Below are positions 1 through 10,096 of a stretch of DNA of 64,000 nt, one piece after another (the first letter of the stretch is position 1; each line of letters starts with the position of its first letter). The notes below the pieces were generated by a model that ran no database searches, had not been told where the DNA came from, and saw only the letters and a program-made list of their open reading frames with translations. The position numbers and the translations under genes are program-made. This DNA is from an uncultured Candidatus Saccharibacteria bacterium. Its GTDB lineage: Bacteria; Patescibacteriota; Minisyncoccia; Phycocordibacterales; UBA9973. The stretch lies in the NCBI GenBank assembly GCA_964473175.1, contig CAYYNN010000001.1, forward strand, positions 408-64,407, read 5' to 3'.

Positions 1-286
1 TCCGATATTGATGCGGAAGCTCGAGATTGAAAACAGCAAAGCCCTCAAGAAGGAGTATCAAGCCAAAGTGGAGGACTTCCGCCAGATTATTGATAGCGTG
101 GCGATTGACGTGGACTACACGGGCGACCTGTTCAATGCCGAGATTATGGACCTCCCGACAAAGCGTGAGCTCATCAAGGCTGATTATGCATGGGAGTATG
201 GCAAGAAAGGCAAATACACGGTGGCGGTCAAAATCATTGATGTGCTTGGGGAAGAATACTTTGAGACGTTTGAAGTAACCGTATAG
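1..286 (+). CDS. mod: Type III R-M modification methyltransferase (Mod), C-terminal fragment; gene begins upstream of the window
   Basis: C-terminal segment SVAIDVDYTGDLFN...GKYTVAVKIIDVLGEE resembles Mod C-termini; directly upstream of a Res gene. Catalytic motifs are outside the window. Confidence 0.65.
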   Translation, partial: PILMRKLEIENSKALKKEYQAKVEDFRQIIDSVAIDVDYTGDLFNAEIMDLPTKRELIKADYAWEYGKKGKYTVAVKIIDVLGEEYFETFEVTV

Positions 287-290
287 CCCT

Positions 291-2834
291 ATGGAGAATA
301 CATTTCTTGAAAATATAAAAACAAAGGTTGCCGATTGGCGAGAGAATGGGTATCAGGGGGTGTTCAAGGAGAGTGTGAACATTTTGAACTACGTGAAGCG
401 TATCGGTTTTCTGCATGAACCGCAGATAGAAGCTCTTGAGACCTATGTCTATATTAAGGAGATTTTGGATAACAAACCGACCAGTGAGATTTTCAAAGAT
501 ACTTTCACAAAGAAGTCGGACCTACTTCGCTCACTTGGTGTGTCAGACCGACAGATTTCTGACATCATGGAAGCCGATACGCGGGACGAACAAATCTTCG
601 AAATCATTAAGGAAAAGTTTGGTGCTCAAGACTATGCGAACCAAGTCTATGCACTCACCATGGGCTCTGGGAAGACGATTTTGATGGCGACATTTCTTAT
701 CTATGACTTCGTGCTCTCATACTCTCATCCAGAGGATGTTCGCTTTGCCAAGAATGCCCTTGTGTTTGCTCCAGACACGACCATCATTGAGAGCTTGAAG
801 GAAATCAAGACGTTTGACTACTCAAAAGTCCTGCCAAAGGAGTACCAAAACATTTTACTCAACATCAAGTATCACTATTTGGAGAGTACGGAAACAGGTC
901 TTTCTCCGATTGGTAACTACAATGTCATTGTCTCAAACTCACAGAAGATAATACTCAAGACAAGAAATAGTGATACGGATGGTGGGGTAAAAAGATTGTT
1001 TGGTGACAAGAATGAGCTTGCCAAAAGAGAAGTGGAGAATGCCCGTCTCCGAGCAATCCGTGAACTCAATAATCTCGTCATATTCGTGGACGAAGCCCAT
1101 CACTCATACGGGGTCAATCTTGAAGGTGCTTTGAAGAAGACGCGCCAGACGATTGACTACTTGCACGGCAACACACCGCTCGTAGGGGTCGTAAACCTCA
1201 CAGGAACGCCGTATATCAACAATAGGATGATAGATGACGTTGTGTACCATTTCGGGCTCAAACAAGGCATAGAGAAAGGCATCTTGAAGCAGGTAAAAAT
1301 ACTGGATTTCGGAGAGGTCCGTTCAGAAGTTTTTATTGAAGAGGTTCTTGGCACATTCTGGTCCGAGTATGGAGAAAACCGCCTCGAAGGTCGCCTTCCC
1401 AAAATGGCGTTCTATGCTCCGAGTATTGATAATTTACGAACCGAACTCAAGCCGCGCATTGAGCGGGTGCTTGCTGAAATGAATATCCCGCTTGATAAGG
1501 TCCTTGAATATCATACTGAAGCCGAAGGCAACAAGGATGAGTTTCGGATGCTTGATACTATCGACAGCACCAAGCAGTTTGTTCTGCTTGTGGGTAAAGG
1601 CACGGAAGGATGGAACTGTCGCTCATTGGTTGCTTGTGCACTCTATCGCAAGCCATCAAGCTCAATCTTCGTGCTCCAAGCGTCCACACGCTGTATGCGG
1701 TCCATCGGTGACAATTCCACACGAGCCCATATATTCCTTTCAAAAGAGAACTACAAGGTCCTCGACAAAGAGCTCAAGAACAACTTTGCCTCAAGTATCC
1801 AAGACATCAACAATCAGGAGCAAGAGAGTTTTGAGTTTGAAATCAAGGTTGAAAAGAAAAAGACCATCACCGTCAAAAAGCTCACCCGAGAAATAGTCGC
1901 AACCCAAGCTAGAGATACGAACGACATCAAAATAGATATTAAGAAATACAAGCCTGAAAAGTACGAGCATTATCTCTTGGGCTCCGAACTCGTTATAGAC
2001 GGTTCTGGAAAAGCAATTCTGAAGCACGACACGCTTGACTCAAAGAAACTCATCGAAAACAACACGTATACGTACTATGAAATAGTAGAGCTTATCAATC
2101 GCTACACGCACTTGCCATGCATGACGGTGGACAGCTTATTGGAAAATATAGGAGTATCGAGGGCTATATTGGTAGATAAAGTGAATACGAGTGTGGGGTT
2201 CTTGTCATTTATCATTCAAACTGTTCTTGATACTGTTTATCAGTATACGGAGACGGAAACAACGACAGAGGAGCAGATAGAGCTCACCAAAGAATACCCA
2301 TTCAAAATGAGCCGAGAGGAGGGTAAAAAAGCACTTGTTATATTCAAAGAAAAAGAAGAGACAGATGGTGCGTCGAGTCGTATCGGTTTCCATATCAATC
2401 CATACAATTTCGACAGTAGCGATGAGCGGGACCTGTTCCGACAATTCCGCCAATTTCTGACAATTAACGAAACCATCAAGGATGTCTACTTCACTGGAGG
2501 TGTGACGACTGATGCTCATAATGACTTCTATGTTGAGTACTGGAACCCAACAGAACTCCGTATATCGAAATACTTTCCAGACTTCCTGATAGAAACGGAT
2601 AAAGGACGGTTCTTGGTAGTGGAAGTAAAGTCAGGGTCCGAAAAAACGGAATATGAAGCAAACAAGAAACGGTACGATGGGACCACTACATCACTCTTCA
2701 ATGAGGTATACGCCAAAGAGCTCGGTTTCCTTGATTTCCAAAAGATAAATAAGGATTTTGAGTACAAAGTCATCTTTGATGCCCATCTCCAAGAACGACA
2801 GCGAGAGCTTTTTGAAATGATAAAAACCTTATAG
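291..2834 (+). CDS. res: Type III restriction endonuclease Res subunit (SF2 helicase + PD-(D/E)xK nuclease)
   Basis: Walker A ALTMGSGKT, DEAH box FVDEAHH, motif V/VI EGWN...QASTRCMR, C-terminal YFPDFLI...VVEVK. Confidence 0.85.
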   Translation: MENTFLENIKTKVADWRENGYQGVFKESVNILNYVKRIGFLHEPQIEALETYVYIKEILDNKPTSEIFKDTFTKKSDLLRSLGVSDRQISDIMEADTRDEQIFEIIKEKFGAQDYANQVYALTMGSGKTILMATFLIYDFVLSYSHPEDVRFAKNALVFAPDTTIIESLKEIKTFDYSKVLPKEYQNILLNIKYHYLESTETGLSPIGNYNVIVSNSQKIILKTRNSDTDGGVKRLFGDKNELAKREVENARLRAIRELNNLVIFVDEAHHSYGVNLEGALKKTRQTIDYLHGNTPLVGVVNLTGTPYINNRMIDDVVYHFGLKQGIEKGILKQVKILDFGEVRSEVFIEEVLGTFWSEYGENRLEGRLPKMAFYAPSIDNLRTELKPRIERVLAEMNIPLDKVLEYHTEAEGNKDEFRMLDTIDSTKQFVLLVGKGTEGWNCRSLVACALYRKPSSSIFVLQASTRCMRSIGDNSTRAHIFLSKENYKVLDKELKNNFASSIQDINNQEQESFEFEIKVEKKKTITVKKLTREIVATQARDTNDIKIDIKKYKPEKYEHYLLGSELVIDGSGKAILKHDTLDSKKLIENNTYTYYEIVELINRYTHLPCMTVDSLLENIGVSRAILVDKVNTSVGFLSFIIQTVLDTVYQYTETETTTEEQIELTKEYPFKMSREEGKKALVIFKEKEETDGASSRIGFHINPYNFDSSDERDLFRQFRQFLTINETIKDVYFTGGVTTDAHNDFYVEYWNPTELRISKYFPDFLIETDKGRFLVVEVKSGSEKTEYEANKKRYDGTTTSLFNEVYAKELGFLDFQKINKDFEYKVIFDAHLQERQRELFEMIKTL

Positions 2835-2836
2835 CT

Positions 2837-3022
2837 ATGCACATATCAAATAAACACTTCTTGAAGTTCAAGGAACTAATGAAAGAAAAGGTTGGAGAGG
2901 AAGAATACAACAAGCTGACCGAGCAAGAGCTTCTTAATAGTGCAATAGCGTTAGTAACTCTGGTGAAAGCTGTTTATCAACCGATAAAAAAGGAAGATTA
3001 TGAAAAGTATAAACTGGACTGA
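2837..3022 (+). CDS. Small hypothetical protein (61 aa)
   Basis: ORF starts 2 nt after the res stop; helical, charged composition. Confidence 0.6.
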   Translation: MHISNKHFLKFKELMKEKVGEEEYNKLTEQELLNSAIALVTLVKAVYQPIKKEDYEKYKLD

Positions 3023-3170
3023 AGATGAGCGAAGAAATATCGTCGGTGCGTTTCAGATACTGCTCGATGTGGACAGGCGTATCAATCCTCATTTGTATAA
3101 GAAAATAAAAATACCTCCGAAATCAATAAGAAATGTGCCTGATAAACGGAGCGATAACAGGCATCTATAA
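3000..3170 (+). CDS. Small hypothetical protein (56 aa), not in ORF track
   Basis: Manual translation MKSINWTEDERRNIVGAFQILLDVDRRINPHLYKK...HL*; overlaps the previous ORF by 23 nt. Confidence 0.5.
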   Translation: MKSINWTEDERRNIVGAFQILLDVDRRINPHLYKKIKIPPKSIRNVPDKRSDNRHL

Positions 3171-3217
3171 TGTCGGAAAACTCCGAAATATAGTGATGGA
3201 CGGTGTGGGTAAAGTAT

Positions 3218-3246
3218 TTGACTCATACCCCTAGGGGGTATACACT
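3218..3246 (+). promoter_or_regulatory. Sigma70 promoter with CsoR operator in the spacer
   Basis: TTGACT (3218-3223), 17 bp, TACACT (3241-3246); inverted repeat ATACCCC-TAG-GGGGTAT (3225-3241) matches the G/C-tract CsoR operator type. Confidence 0.85.
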
Positions 3247-3252
3247 ATGAAT

Positions 3253-3528
3253 ATGAAATACATGGATGAGAAAGGTAAGGCAAATATAATTCGTCGTTTG
3301 AAGCTTATTGAAGGGCAGGTGCGAGGATTACAGAAGCTCATTGAGAATGATACTTATTGTATAGATGTAATTACTCAAACTTCTGCCGTGAAGTCTAGTC
3401 TTTCGAGCGTCGAAGATGCTCTCCTTGAAAATCACCTAGGGCATTGTGTTCATCACCAAATGTCTAACGGTCAAGTTGAAAAGGCACAAGAGGAAGTCTT
3501 GAAAGTTTATAAACTAAAGAGAAAATAA
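3253..3528 (+). CDS. csoR: CsoR-family copper-sensing repressor
   Basis: [28 protein letters not shown] (Cys-His-Cys ligands); ATG 3253 is 6 nt after the -10 (ORF track start 3247). Confidence 0.92.
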   Translation: MKYMDEKGKANIIRRLKLIEGQVRGLQKLIENDTYCIDVITQTSAVKSSLSSVEDALLENHLGHCVHHQMSNGQVEKAQEEVLKVYKLKRK

Positions 3529-3529
3529 T

Positions 3530-5824
3530 ATGTCTACCTCAAACACATACAAAGTAAAAGGAATGCACTGTGCTTCATGTGCCAGCATTATTGAAAAGAC
3601 CTTCAAAAAGACAGATGGCGTACATTCTGTTGAAGTAAATTATGGAACAGAAACTGCTAAGGTTGCCTATGATGAGACAAAGACTAATCCGCACCATTTA
3701 TCTGAAAAAATAGAGAAGCTCGGCTATACCCTTGTGGTCCCAACAGCTGAAAGTATGGGAATGTCGGCAGATGAACATGCTGCACATCTTGGGATAAATC
3801 AATCAAAGAATGAAAAACTGAAAGAGGTTTCTGATATGAGAACGAAGGTCATATCTGTTATCCCACTCGCTATCTTTAGTATTTTTGTCATGGCATGGGA
3901 TATTCTTGCTCAATTTCACATTGTCGGAGGGATGTCGTACAACCTTAAAGAGTTCTTTCATCACCTCTTGCCAATATTCGCTACGTATACGCTGTTTGTC
4001 GTCGGTAAACCATACCTTATGGGATTTTATCGGTTTCTTCGCTATGGCAAGGCAAATATGGATACACTCATCGGTATTGGAACTTCAGTAGCATTTTTAT
4101 ACAGTTTCATAATTACTGCTTTTGAAGAACCGCTCCGTGCCTTTATCAATGTTGAGCATAGTTACTACGATGTAACCATAGTCGTCATTGCCTTTATCAC
4201 ACTCGGTAAATATCTCGAAGCTCGTTCAAAAATTAAAACAGGCGATGCTATTGAAAAACTCCTCAACCTCCAAGCTAAAACAGCTCTTGTTGTTCGAGAT
4301 GGAAAAGAAGTAGAAATACCAATCGACCAAGTGAAGCATGGCGATTTGATTATAGTAAAACCTGCAGGCAAGATACCTGTAGACGGAACACTAACCGAAG
4401 GAAGTTCCTTTGTTGATGAAGCAATGATAACAGGAGAGCCAATACCTGTTGAGAAACAAGTTGGAGATACCGTCATAGCGGGCACAATAAATACTTCAGG
4501 GTCGTTCACCTTCAAGGCGACGAAAGTAGGTTCGGAAACGATGCTTGCTCACATAGTGAAAATGGTTGAAGAAGCACAAGGAAGCAAGGCACCTATTCAA
4601 GCACTTGCCGATAAAATATCAGCAGTATTTGTGCCAATTGTGCTCGTGTTATCTTTTGTTTCTCTTGGACTCTGGCTTCTCGTAGGTACGCACTATCTTG
4701 GTTTCTCACAAGCTCTGTCGTACGGACTTGTCTCCTTTGTCGGTATCTTAGTTATTGCATGTCCTTGTGCTCTCGGTCTCGCTACGCCTACGGCTATCAT
4801 TGTTGGTGTTGGAAAGGGTGCTAGAGAAGGAATACTGATAAAAGACGCTGGAACACTTGAGAAGCTCCACAAAGTGAATGTCGTCGTCGTTGATAAAACG
4901 GGAACCATTACGAAAGGAAAACCTGAGCTTGTTTCCATTAAGAATTATTCGAGGATACAAGACCATGAGCTGATTTCGATACTTGCAACACTTGAAAACA
5001 AATCTGAACACCCCATTGCTCATGCCATTGTCTCGTATGCTACAGAGAAGAACATTACTCTTTCAGAGATAGCCAATTTTGAAGCGTTGAAAGGAAAGGG
5101 GTTGAAAGGGTTGATAAGCGGTACTGAATACTTTGCAGGAAATATAAAAATCATTGAAGACCTCAACCTGTCTTTTGATAGGCACTTGCTAGACATAGGG
5201 ACACTGGAAGGAAAAACACCAATTATCCTTGCGACAAAAAATGCTGTGCTAGGTATTGTCATGGTTGCAGATGCAATCAAACCTGAAGCAAAAGATGCGA
5301 TAACGAAGCTCCACTCACTTGGTATCAAAACCGTTATGCTCACAGGCGATAATCAAAACACAGCAAACTATATCGCAAAACAAGTAGGGATTGATGAGGT
5401 AGTAGCAGAAGTGCTGCCAGAAGATAAGCTCAATAAAATTAAACAGCTTCAATCAGAGGGTTACATTGTAGCCATGACAGGAGATGGTGTAAATGATGCT
5501 CCTGCACTTGCCCAAGCAGACGTTGGCATAGCAATGGCAACAGGGACGGATGTAGCGATTGAAAGTGCGGGTATTACACTTCTTCATGGTGATATTTCAA
5601 AACTTGTAAAAGCGATACGTCTTTCAAAAATTACTATGAGAGGTATTAAACAAAACCTATTCTGGGCGTTTTTCTACAACGTCATCGGTATTCCCTTGGC
5701 AGGAGGGTTGTTCTACCCATTCTTTGGGTGGCTACTGAACCCCATCTTTGCGGGGTTAGCAATGGCATTCTCAAGCGTATCAGTAGTCGGAAACTCACTT
5801 CGGCTAAAGACAAAGAAATTATAA
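3530..5824 (+). CDS. copA: Copper-translocating P1B-type ATPase
   Basis: HMA GMHCASC, TGEP, CPC, DKTGT, SEHP, GDGVND, YN and MxxSS transmembrane ligands. Confidence 0.95.
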   Translation: MSTSNTYKVKGMHCASCASIIEKTFKKTDGVHSVEVNYGTETAKVAYDETKTNPHHLSEKIEKLGYTLVVPTAESMGMSADEHAAHLGINQSKNEKLKEVSDMRTKVISVIPLAIFSIFVMAWDILAQFHIVGGMSYNLKEFFHHLLPIFATYTLFVVGKPYLMGFYRFLRYGKANMDTLIGIGTSVAFLYSFIITAFEEPLRAFINVEHSYYDVTIVVIAFITLGKYLEARSKIKTGDAIEKLLNLQAKTALVVRDGKEVEIPIDQVKHGDLIIVKPAGKIPVDGTLTEGSSFVDEAMITGEPIPVEKQVGDTVIAGTINTSGSFTFKATKVGSETMLAHIVKMVEEAQGSKAPIQALADKISAVFVPIVLVLSFVSLGLWLLVGTHYLGFSQALSYGLVSFVGILVIACPCALGLATPTAIIVGVGKGAREGILIKDAGTLEKLHKVNVVVVDKTGTITKGKPELVSIKNYSRIQDHELISILATLENKSEHPIAHAIVSYATEKNITLSEIANFEALKGKGLKGLISGTEYFAGNIKIIEDLNLSFDRHLLDIGTLEGKTPIILATKNAVLGIVMVADAIKPEAKDAITKLHSLGIKTVMLTGDNQNTANYIAKQVGIDEVVAEVLPEDKLNKIKQLQSEGYIVAMTGDGVNDAPALAQADVGIAMATGTDVAIESAGITLLHGDISKLVKAIRLSKITMRGIKQNLFWAFFYNVIGIPLAGGLFYPFFGWLLNPIFAGLAMAFSSVSVVGNSLRLKTKKL

Positions 5825-5840
5825 TTTAATAAAAAATATT

Positions 5841-6485
5841 ATGAACAACAATCAAAATAACAAAATATTATATGGTATCGGCGGAATTGTGATAGGTCTC
5901 ATTCTTGCTGCAGTGTTTTACCCAATGATGGGGTATGGGAGGTACGGAATGATGAATTGGCGAAATAACTCGGTGTCGAATCAGAGAGTAAATGGAACTA
6001 CTCAAATTGCAAAAACTATTGATAAGCACTTCATTGAACAGATGGTTCCTCACCACGAGGGAGCAATCGCTATGTCCAAACTTGCACTCCAAAAAGCAAA
6101 GCACCCTGAGATTAAAACTTTGGCTACAGCAATCATTGCAGCTCAGACGACAGAAATTCAAAGTATGAATGGCTGGTATCAGGATTGGTTTGGTACCACT
6201 GTTCCAAAAGTAAGTACGGGAATGATGGGCGGAGGCATGATGTCTCAAAGCGGCATGCATATGGGTGGGCAGGAAGATATGACGGCATTAGAAAATGCGG
6301 CTGACTTCGACAAGGCATTCATCGAAGAAATGATACCGCACCACCAGTTGGCAATTATGATGGCGAACATGCTTCAATCAGGCACCAATCGTCCTGAAAT
6401 GCAGCAGCTCGCAAAAAATATAATCACTTCACAGTCAAAAGAAATTCAGCAGATGCAGACTTGGTATACGCAATGGTATAAGTAA
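5841..6485 (+). CDS. DUF305/CopM-like ferritin-fold copper-binding protein
   Basis: Two FIEQMVPHHEGA / FIEEMIPHHQLA repeats, Met-rich linker, N-terminal TM. Confidence 0.85.
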   Translation: MNNNQNNKILYGIGGIVIGLILAAVFYPMMGYGRYGMMNWRNNSVSNQRVNGTTQIAKTIDKHFIEQMVPHHEGAIAMSKLALQKAKHPEIKTLATAIIAAQTTEIQSMNGWYQDWFGTTVPKVSTGMMGGGMMSQSGMHMGGQEDMTALENAADFDKAFIEEMIPHHQLAIMMANMLQSGTNRPEMQQLAKNIITSQSKEIQQMQTWYTQWYK

Positions 6486-6598
6486 CCTTATAAAAATTAA
6501 TCAATAAAAAATATGAAAAAATCATCACTAATGCACAAAGTTTCAATAGTTACTGCAATTTATCGTCGACAGCTAGAGAGCGAAACTCAAAAATAATT

Positions 6599-7234
6599 AT
6601 GAATACTCGGCATCATAAATTAACTTCAGGTAAATTATGGACTATCGGGGTAATAGTAGTTCTTGTAGGTTTGTCTTTATGGGCTTACCACCATTCTCGA
6701 AGACCCGTAGTACTACTCTCTAATCCTGAGGTATTAGCTGGTATGCAAAAGGGGCAAGCTCCATGGATTGCTGAAACTGATAACCTACGAGCCCGCCTCA
6801 GCGCAATTCACTTACCAGCCCTTACAGCAGAAGGTGCCGCACTTCATACTCACCAACACCTAGATATTTTTATTGACGGAAAATCAATTCCTATACCATC
6901 AGGAATTGGTACTAATCCATCAAAGGGTTTCATTTCTGACATTCATACCCACGATACTTCAGGAGTAATCCATGTTGAGTCACCTCGCGTTCAAATATTC
7001 ACACTAGGTCAGTTCTTCGATATTTGGGGTGTACAATTCACTGCTCAATCCATTGGAGGATATACAACACATGGCGATAAAAAACTTAAGGTATATGTGA
7101 ATGGAGTATTGTATCAAGGCAATCCTCGTGAGCTAGCACTGGAAACACACCAAGAAATCGTAGTTACTTATGGCACAGATTTAGAAGTGCCAAATCCTAT
7201 ACCAACAACTTATCAGTTTACTAAGGGCTTATAG
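6599..7234 (+). CDS. Membrane-anchored His-motif protein in the copper operon
   Basis: N-terminal TM; HTHQHLDIF and IHTHDTSGVIHVES motifs. Confidence 0.7.
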   Translation: MNTRHHKLTSGKLWTIGVIVVLVGLSLWAYHHSRRPVVLLSNPEVLAGMQKGQAPWIAETDNLRARLSAIHLPALTAEGAALHTHQHLDIFIDGKSIPIPSGIGTNPSKGFISDIHTHDTSGVIHVESPRVQIFTLGQFFDIWGVQFTAQSIGGYTTHGDKKLKVYVNGVLYQGNPRELALETHQEIVVTYGTDLEVPNPIPTTYQFTKGL

Positions 7235-7241
7235 TTATTCT

Positions 7242-8276
7242 ATGAACAATCCAGAAACAAAAACACATACATTTCACATTCATGGTATGCACTGCAAAGC
7301 ATGTGTCTTTCTAACTGAAAGTGAATTGATGGATTTACCACATGTTACATCAGCGAAATCAAACCTTGCCACACATACTGTGGTTTTGACAGGTAATTTC
7401 GGTAGCCAGACGGAAGAAGAAATAGCCGCAGAGCTTACGGGGCTACTTGAAAAACACGGCTATACCGTTTCTACCGAAAAAAAAACTAAAAAAATAAACT
7501 GGTCTGATTTCAAAATTGCAGTGCCAATAGCCCTTGCCTTTGCAATACTCTTTGTTGTTTTGCAAAAGATTGGATTGGTAAATCTGGTGAATGCATCTAA
7601 GGTGAATTACGGTACAGCGTTTGTTATCGGCATCATTGCTTCTCTCTCAACCTGTATGGCAGTTGTAGGGGGTCTATTGCTCTCGATGTCAGCAACATTT
7701 GCAAAGGAAGGAGATAAGGTAAAACCACAACTGTTATTTCATGGAGGTCGTATCATATCGTTCTTTGTCCTCGGAGGTGTTATAGGAACAATCGGTTCAG
7801 CATTTACGCTCAATACTTCTGCAACCTTCATCCTCGGTCTCGTTATTGGATTGGTAATGCTTGTATTAGGTATTAACCTTTTGGATGTCTTTCCGTGGGC
7901 AAAGCGTCTTCAACCTTCTATGCCGAAGTTTGTTTCAAGGCGTGTGCACAGGGCGACCAAGCTCAACCACACCCTTACACCCCTTGTAGTAGGTGTGGTT
8001 ACATTCTTCTTACCCTGTGGCTTCACACAGTCCATGCAAATATATACCCTCTCTACTGGGTCGTTTCTCAAAGGAGGGCTTACAATGTTCGCATTCGCCC
8101 TTGGAACGCTTCCTGTGCTTGCTCTCATAAGTTTCAGCTCATTCAGTATTCATAAAAGCTCAAAGGCGGGCATCTTCTTCAAAACAGCGGGACTTATTGT
8201 CATTCTGTTCGCAATCTTCAACCTCCTCAACAGTCTGGTAGTCATCGGAGTTCTACCGCCATTATTCAATTTTTAG
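7242..8276 (+). CDS. HMA + DsbD_2/TauE-like membrane protein
   Basis: GMHCKAC HMA domain; STCMAVVGGL and FLPCGFTQ motifs; ~7 TMs. Confidence 0.85.
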   Translation: MNNPETKTHTFHIHGMHCKACVFLTESELMDLPHVTSAKSNLATHTVVLTGNFGSQTEEEIAAELTGLLEKHGYTVSTEKKTKKINWSDFKIAVPIALAFAILFVVLQKIGLVNLVNASKVNYGTAFVIGIIASLSTCMAVVGGLLLSMSATFAKEGDKVKPQLLFHGGRIISFFVLGGVIGTIGSAFTLNTSATFILGLVIGLVMLVLGINLLDVFPWAKRLQPSMPKFVSRRVHRATKLNHTLTPLVVGVVTFFLPCGFTQSMQIYTLSTGSFLKGGLTMFAFALGTLPVLALISFSSFSIHKSSKAGIFFKTAGLIVILFAIFNLLNSLVVIGVLPPLFNF

Positions 8277-8288
8277 TATAATCACCAT

Positions 8289-8678
8289 ATGAACAAAACA
8301 GCACTCGCAATCGTTATAGGAGCAGTCATCATCGGAGGTGCTTTTTTCCTCATCAAACCATCAGCACCAAAAGTAGCTGATGCTCCTGCAAATAACGTAT
8401 CTATGGTAGATGGAAAGCAAATCATCGAAATAAGTGCTAAAGGTGGCTATCAACCACGCAAAAGTATTGCGAAAGCAGGTATTCCAACGATAATCCGTTT
8501 TGATACGAAAGGCACTTTTGACTGCTCGTCTTCGGTACGTATTCCAAGTATGAACATCAGCCAAGTGCTCCCACAGACAGGCAGTACCGATATAGATATT
8601 GGTACACAAAAAGTGGCAATTCTCCAAGGAACTTGTGGGATGGGTATGTATCCGTTTGAAGTAGATTTTCAGAGCTAG
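8289..8678 (+). CDS. Cupredoxin-domain protein
   Basis: GGYQP..KAGIP, TFDCSSSV, C-terminal CGMGMY. Confidence 0.85.
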   Translation: MNKTALAIVIGAVIIGGAFFLIKPSAPKVADAPANNVSMVDGKQIIEISAKGGYQPRKSIAKAGIPTIIRFDTKGTFDCSSSVRIPSMNISQVLPQTGSTDIDIGTQKVAILQGTCGMGMYPFEVDFQS

Positions 8679-8804
8679 CTACCCATTGATTTTATCAGCG
8701 TTATACTCACGCATTACGTGGACGAGATAGTCACACTCAATCGCAAACCTGTTCCAGAAACCAACTCCCAAGTCCACACTTTTTAATGGTATACTTTCTT
8801 TATT

Positions 8805-9107
8805 ATGAAAGCATTATTTTCACTGATATTCGTAGGTCTCATCGTGTGTGCGTGGTCTCCATGGTTAAAACCAGAAGATGCAAAACAACTCATCTATAAC
8901 AAAGTCTATGAAAGCCAGAGTACGCTGCAGACAGGATGCAATCTCAGTATTGTTGAAGGGAGCTTTGAGAAGGTGCCATTTGGATACAGAGAAACAGTGA
9001 GTTATAACTGTACGTTTGTGACTGATTTTATTACAGAAGGGAAGAATAACGTGTTCCTAACCTTCTTTAAGGAAGTCCTCAACGTCCCACATCCGATCAT
9101 CAAATAG
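8805..9107 (+). CDS. Hypothetical membrane/secreted protein
   Basis: N-terminal hydrophobic segment; TGGTATACT 9 nt upstream. Confidence 0.65.
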   Translation: MKALFSLIFVGLIVCAWSPWLKPEDAKQLIYNKVYESQSTLQTGCNLSIVEGSFEKVPFGYRETVSYNCTFVTDFITEGKNNVFLTFFKEVLNVPHPIIK

Positions 9108-9188
9108 AACGGTAGCAAAGGTATTGACACAATAAAATAATATGATATTATAGAGGAAAATCATTTCTTTACTAAAAACCTCTATAAA

Positions 9189-10022
9189 ATGAAAAAAATC
9201 AACACAGTACTCGTAGCCATCGTAGTGATGGTGAGTATAACTTTGAGTGCCAGTGCGTACTCAGTAGGTGTCTGTCAAAGTGGTTGGTGTATTACCACAA
9301 CAGAAACAGTCACCCTTACTGCAACCGCATATGGCTACATACACCCGATGCATCAATGGCAATACAAAGATGACAACGGTGTGTGGCAACCTATCAATGG
9401 AGCAACCTTTGATCAATACCTGGTCTATGAACCCGGGACATATCGCGACCGAGTGCATGAAGCATCTGGCGGATATTGGTCTCACTCAGATCCTATATGT
9501 ATCGTTGAGTGTACTATCGTGCCACTGAACAACAACGTTGTGTTCAGAGGATCTGTCACACGAGCAGGTGCGGTGTTTGTGTACAATACAAGTATTGCAA
9601 GCAGGCTGTTTTTGGAATCATCATTTGATGGCAATACATTTTCTCAGGTATCTGAAGTGTACGGTACTACATACACTGATAGTACATTCTCCGGCAAGCG
9701 ACTGTATCGGCTGCGCGTTGTGGCATTGTCAGGCGCACACGTTGAAGAAATAACACACTCAAGAGTGGTTGTATTGGAACAGAAAAAAGAAACGACTATT
9801 TGTTTCTACCCTAACCCAACACAGGATCTGTTGTATGTACATGGGCTCAATGAAAATACAACAATCCGACTGTTCGCTATGAATGGACAGCAAGTACTTG
9901 TCTATCATGCGATTGGTAATGCGGCGCTTCCCATGAAGCAGTTGCCTGCGGGTGCATATGTATGTAAGATAATGACAGAGCGTGGAGATTTGGTATCAAG
10001 TAGTGTTATTATAAAAAAATAG
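9189..10022 (+). CDS. Secreted protein with a T9SS type-A C-terminal sorting-domain-like tail
   Basis: Sec signal (ASA|Y); C-terminus FYPNPTQDLLYV...LFAMNGQQV...LPAGAYVCKI...VIIKK. Confidence 0.8.
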   Translation: MKKINTVLVAIVVMVSITLSASAYSVGVCQSGWCITTTETVTLTATAYGYIHPMHQWQYKDDNGVWQPINGATFDQYLVYEPGTYRDRVHEASGGYWSHSDPICIVECTIVPLNNNVVFRGSVTRAGAVFVYNTSIASRLFLESSFDGNTFSQVSEVYGTTYTDSTFSGKRLYRLRVVALSGAHVEEITHSRVVVLEQKKETTICFYPNPTQDLLYVHGLNENTTIRLFAMNGQQVLVYHAIGNAALPMKQLPAGAYVCKIMTERGDLVSSSVIIKK

Positions 10023-10045
10023 TTTTAAGGGGTGGTTTTAAGTAC

Positions 10046-10077
10046 AAGCCTGGTATCTTCGGATATCGGGCTTTTTT
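10046..10077 (+). terminator. Intrinsic terminator
   Basis: AAGCCTGGTATC-TTCG-GATATCGGGCTT followed by a T run. Confidence 0.85.
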
Positions 10078-10096
10078 ATTTGATATACTAAGATGT

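Noticed and set aside
8679-8790. Pseudogene tail or att site after the copper operon
   Set aside because: A short open frame (..VDEIVTLNRKPVPETNSQVHTF*) exists, but I cannot assign it and see no matching repeat in the window.
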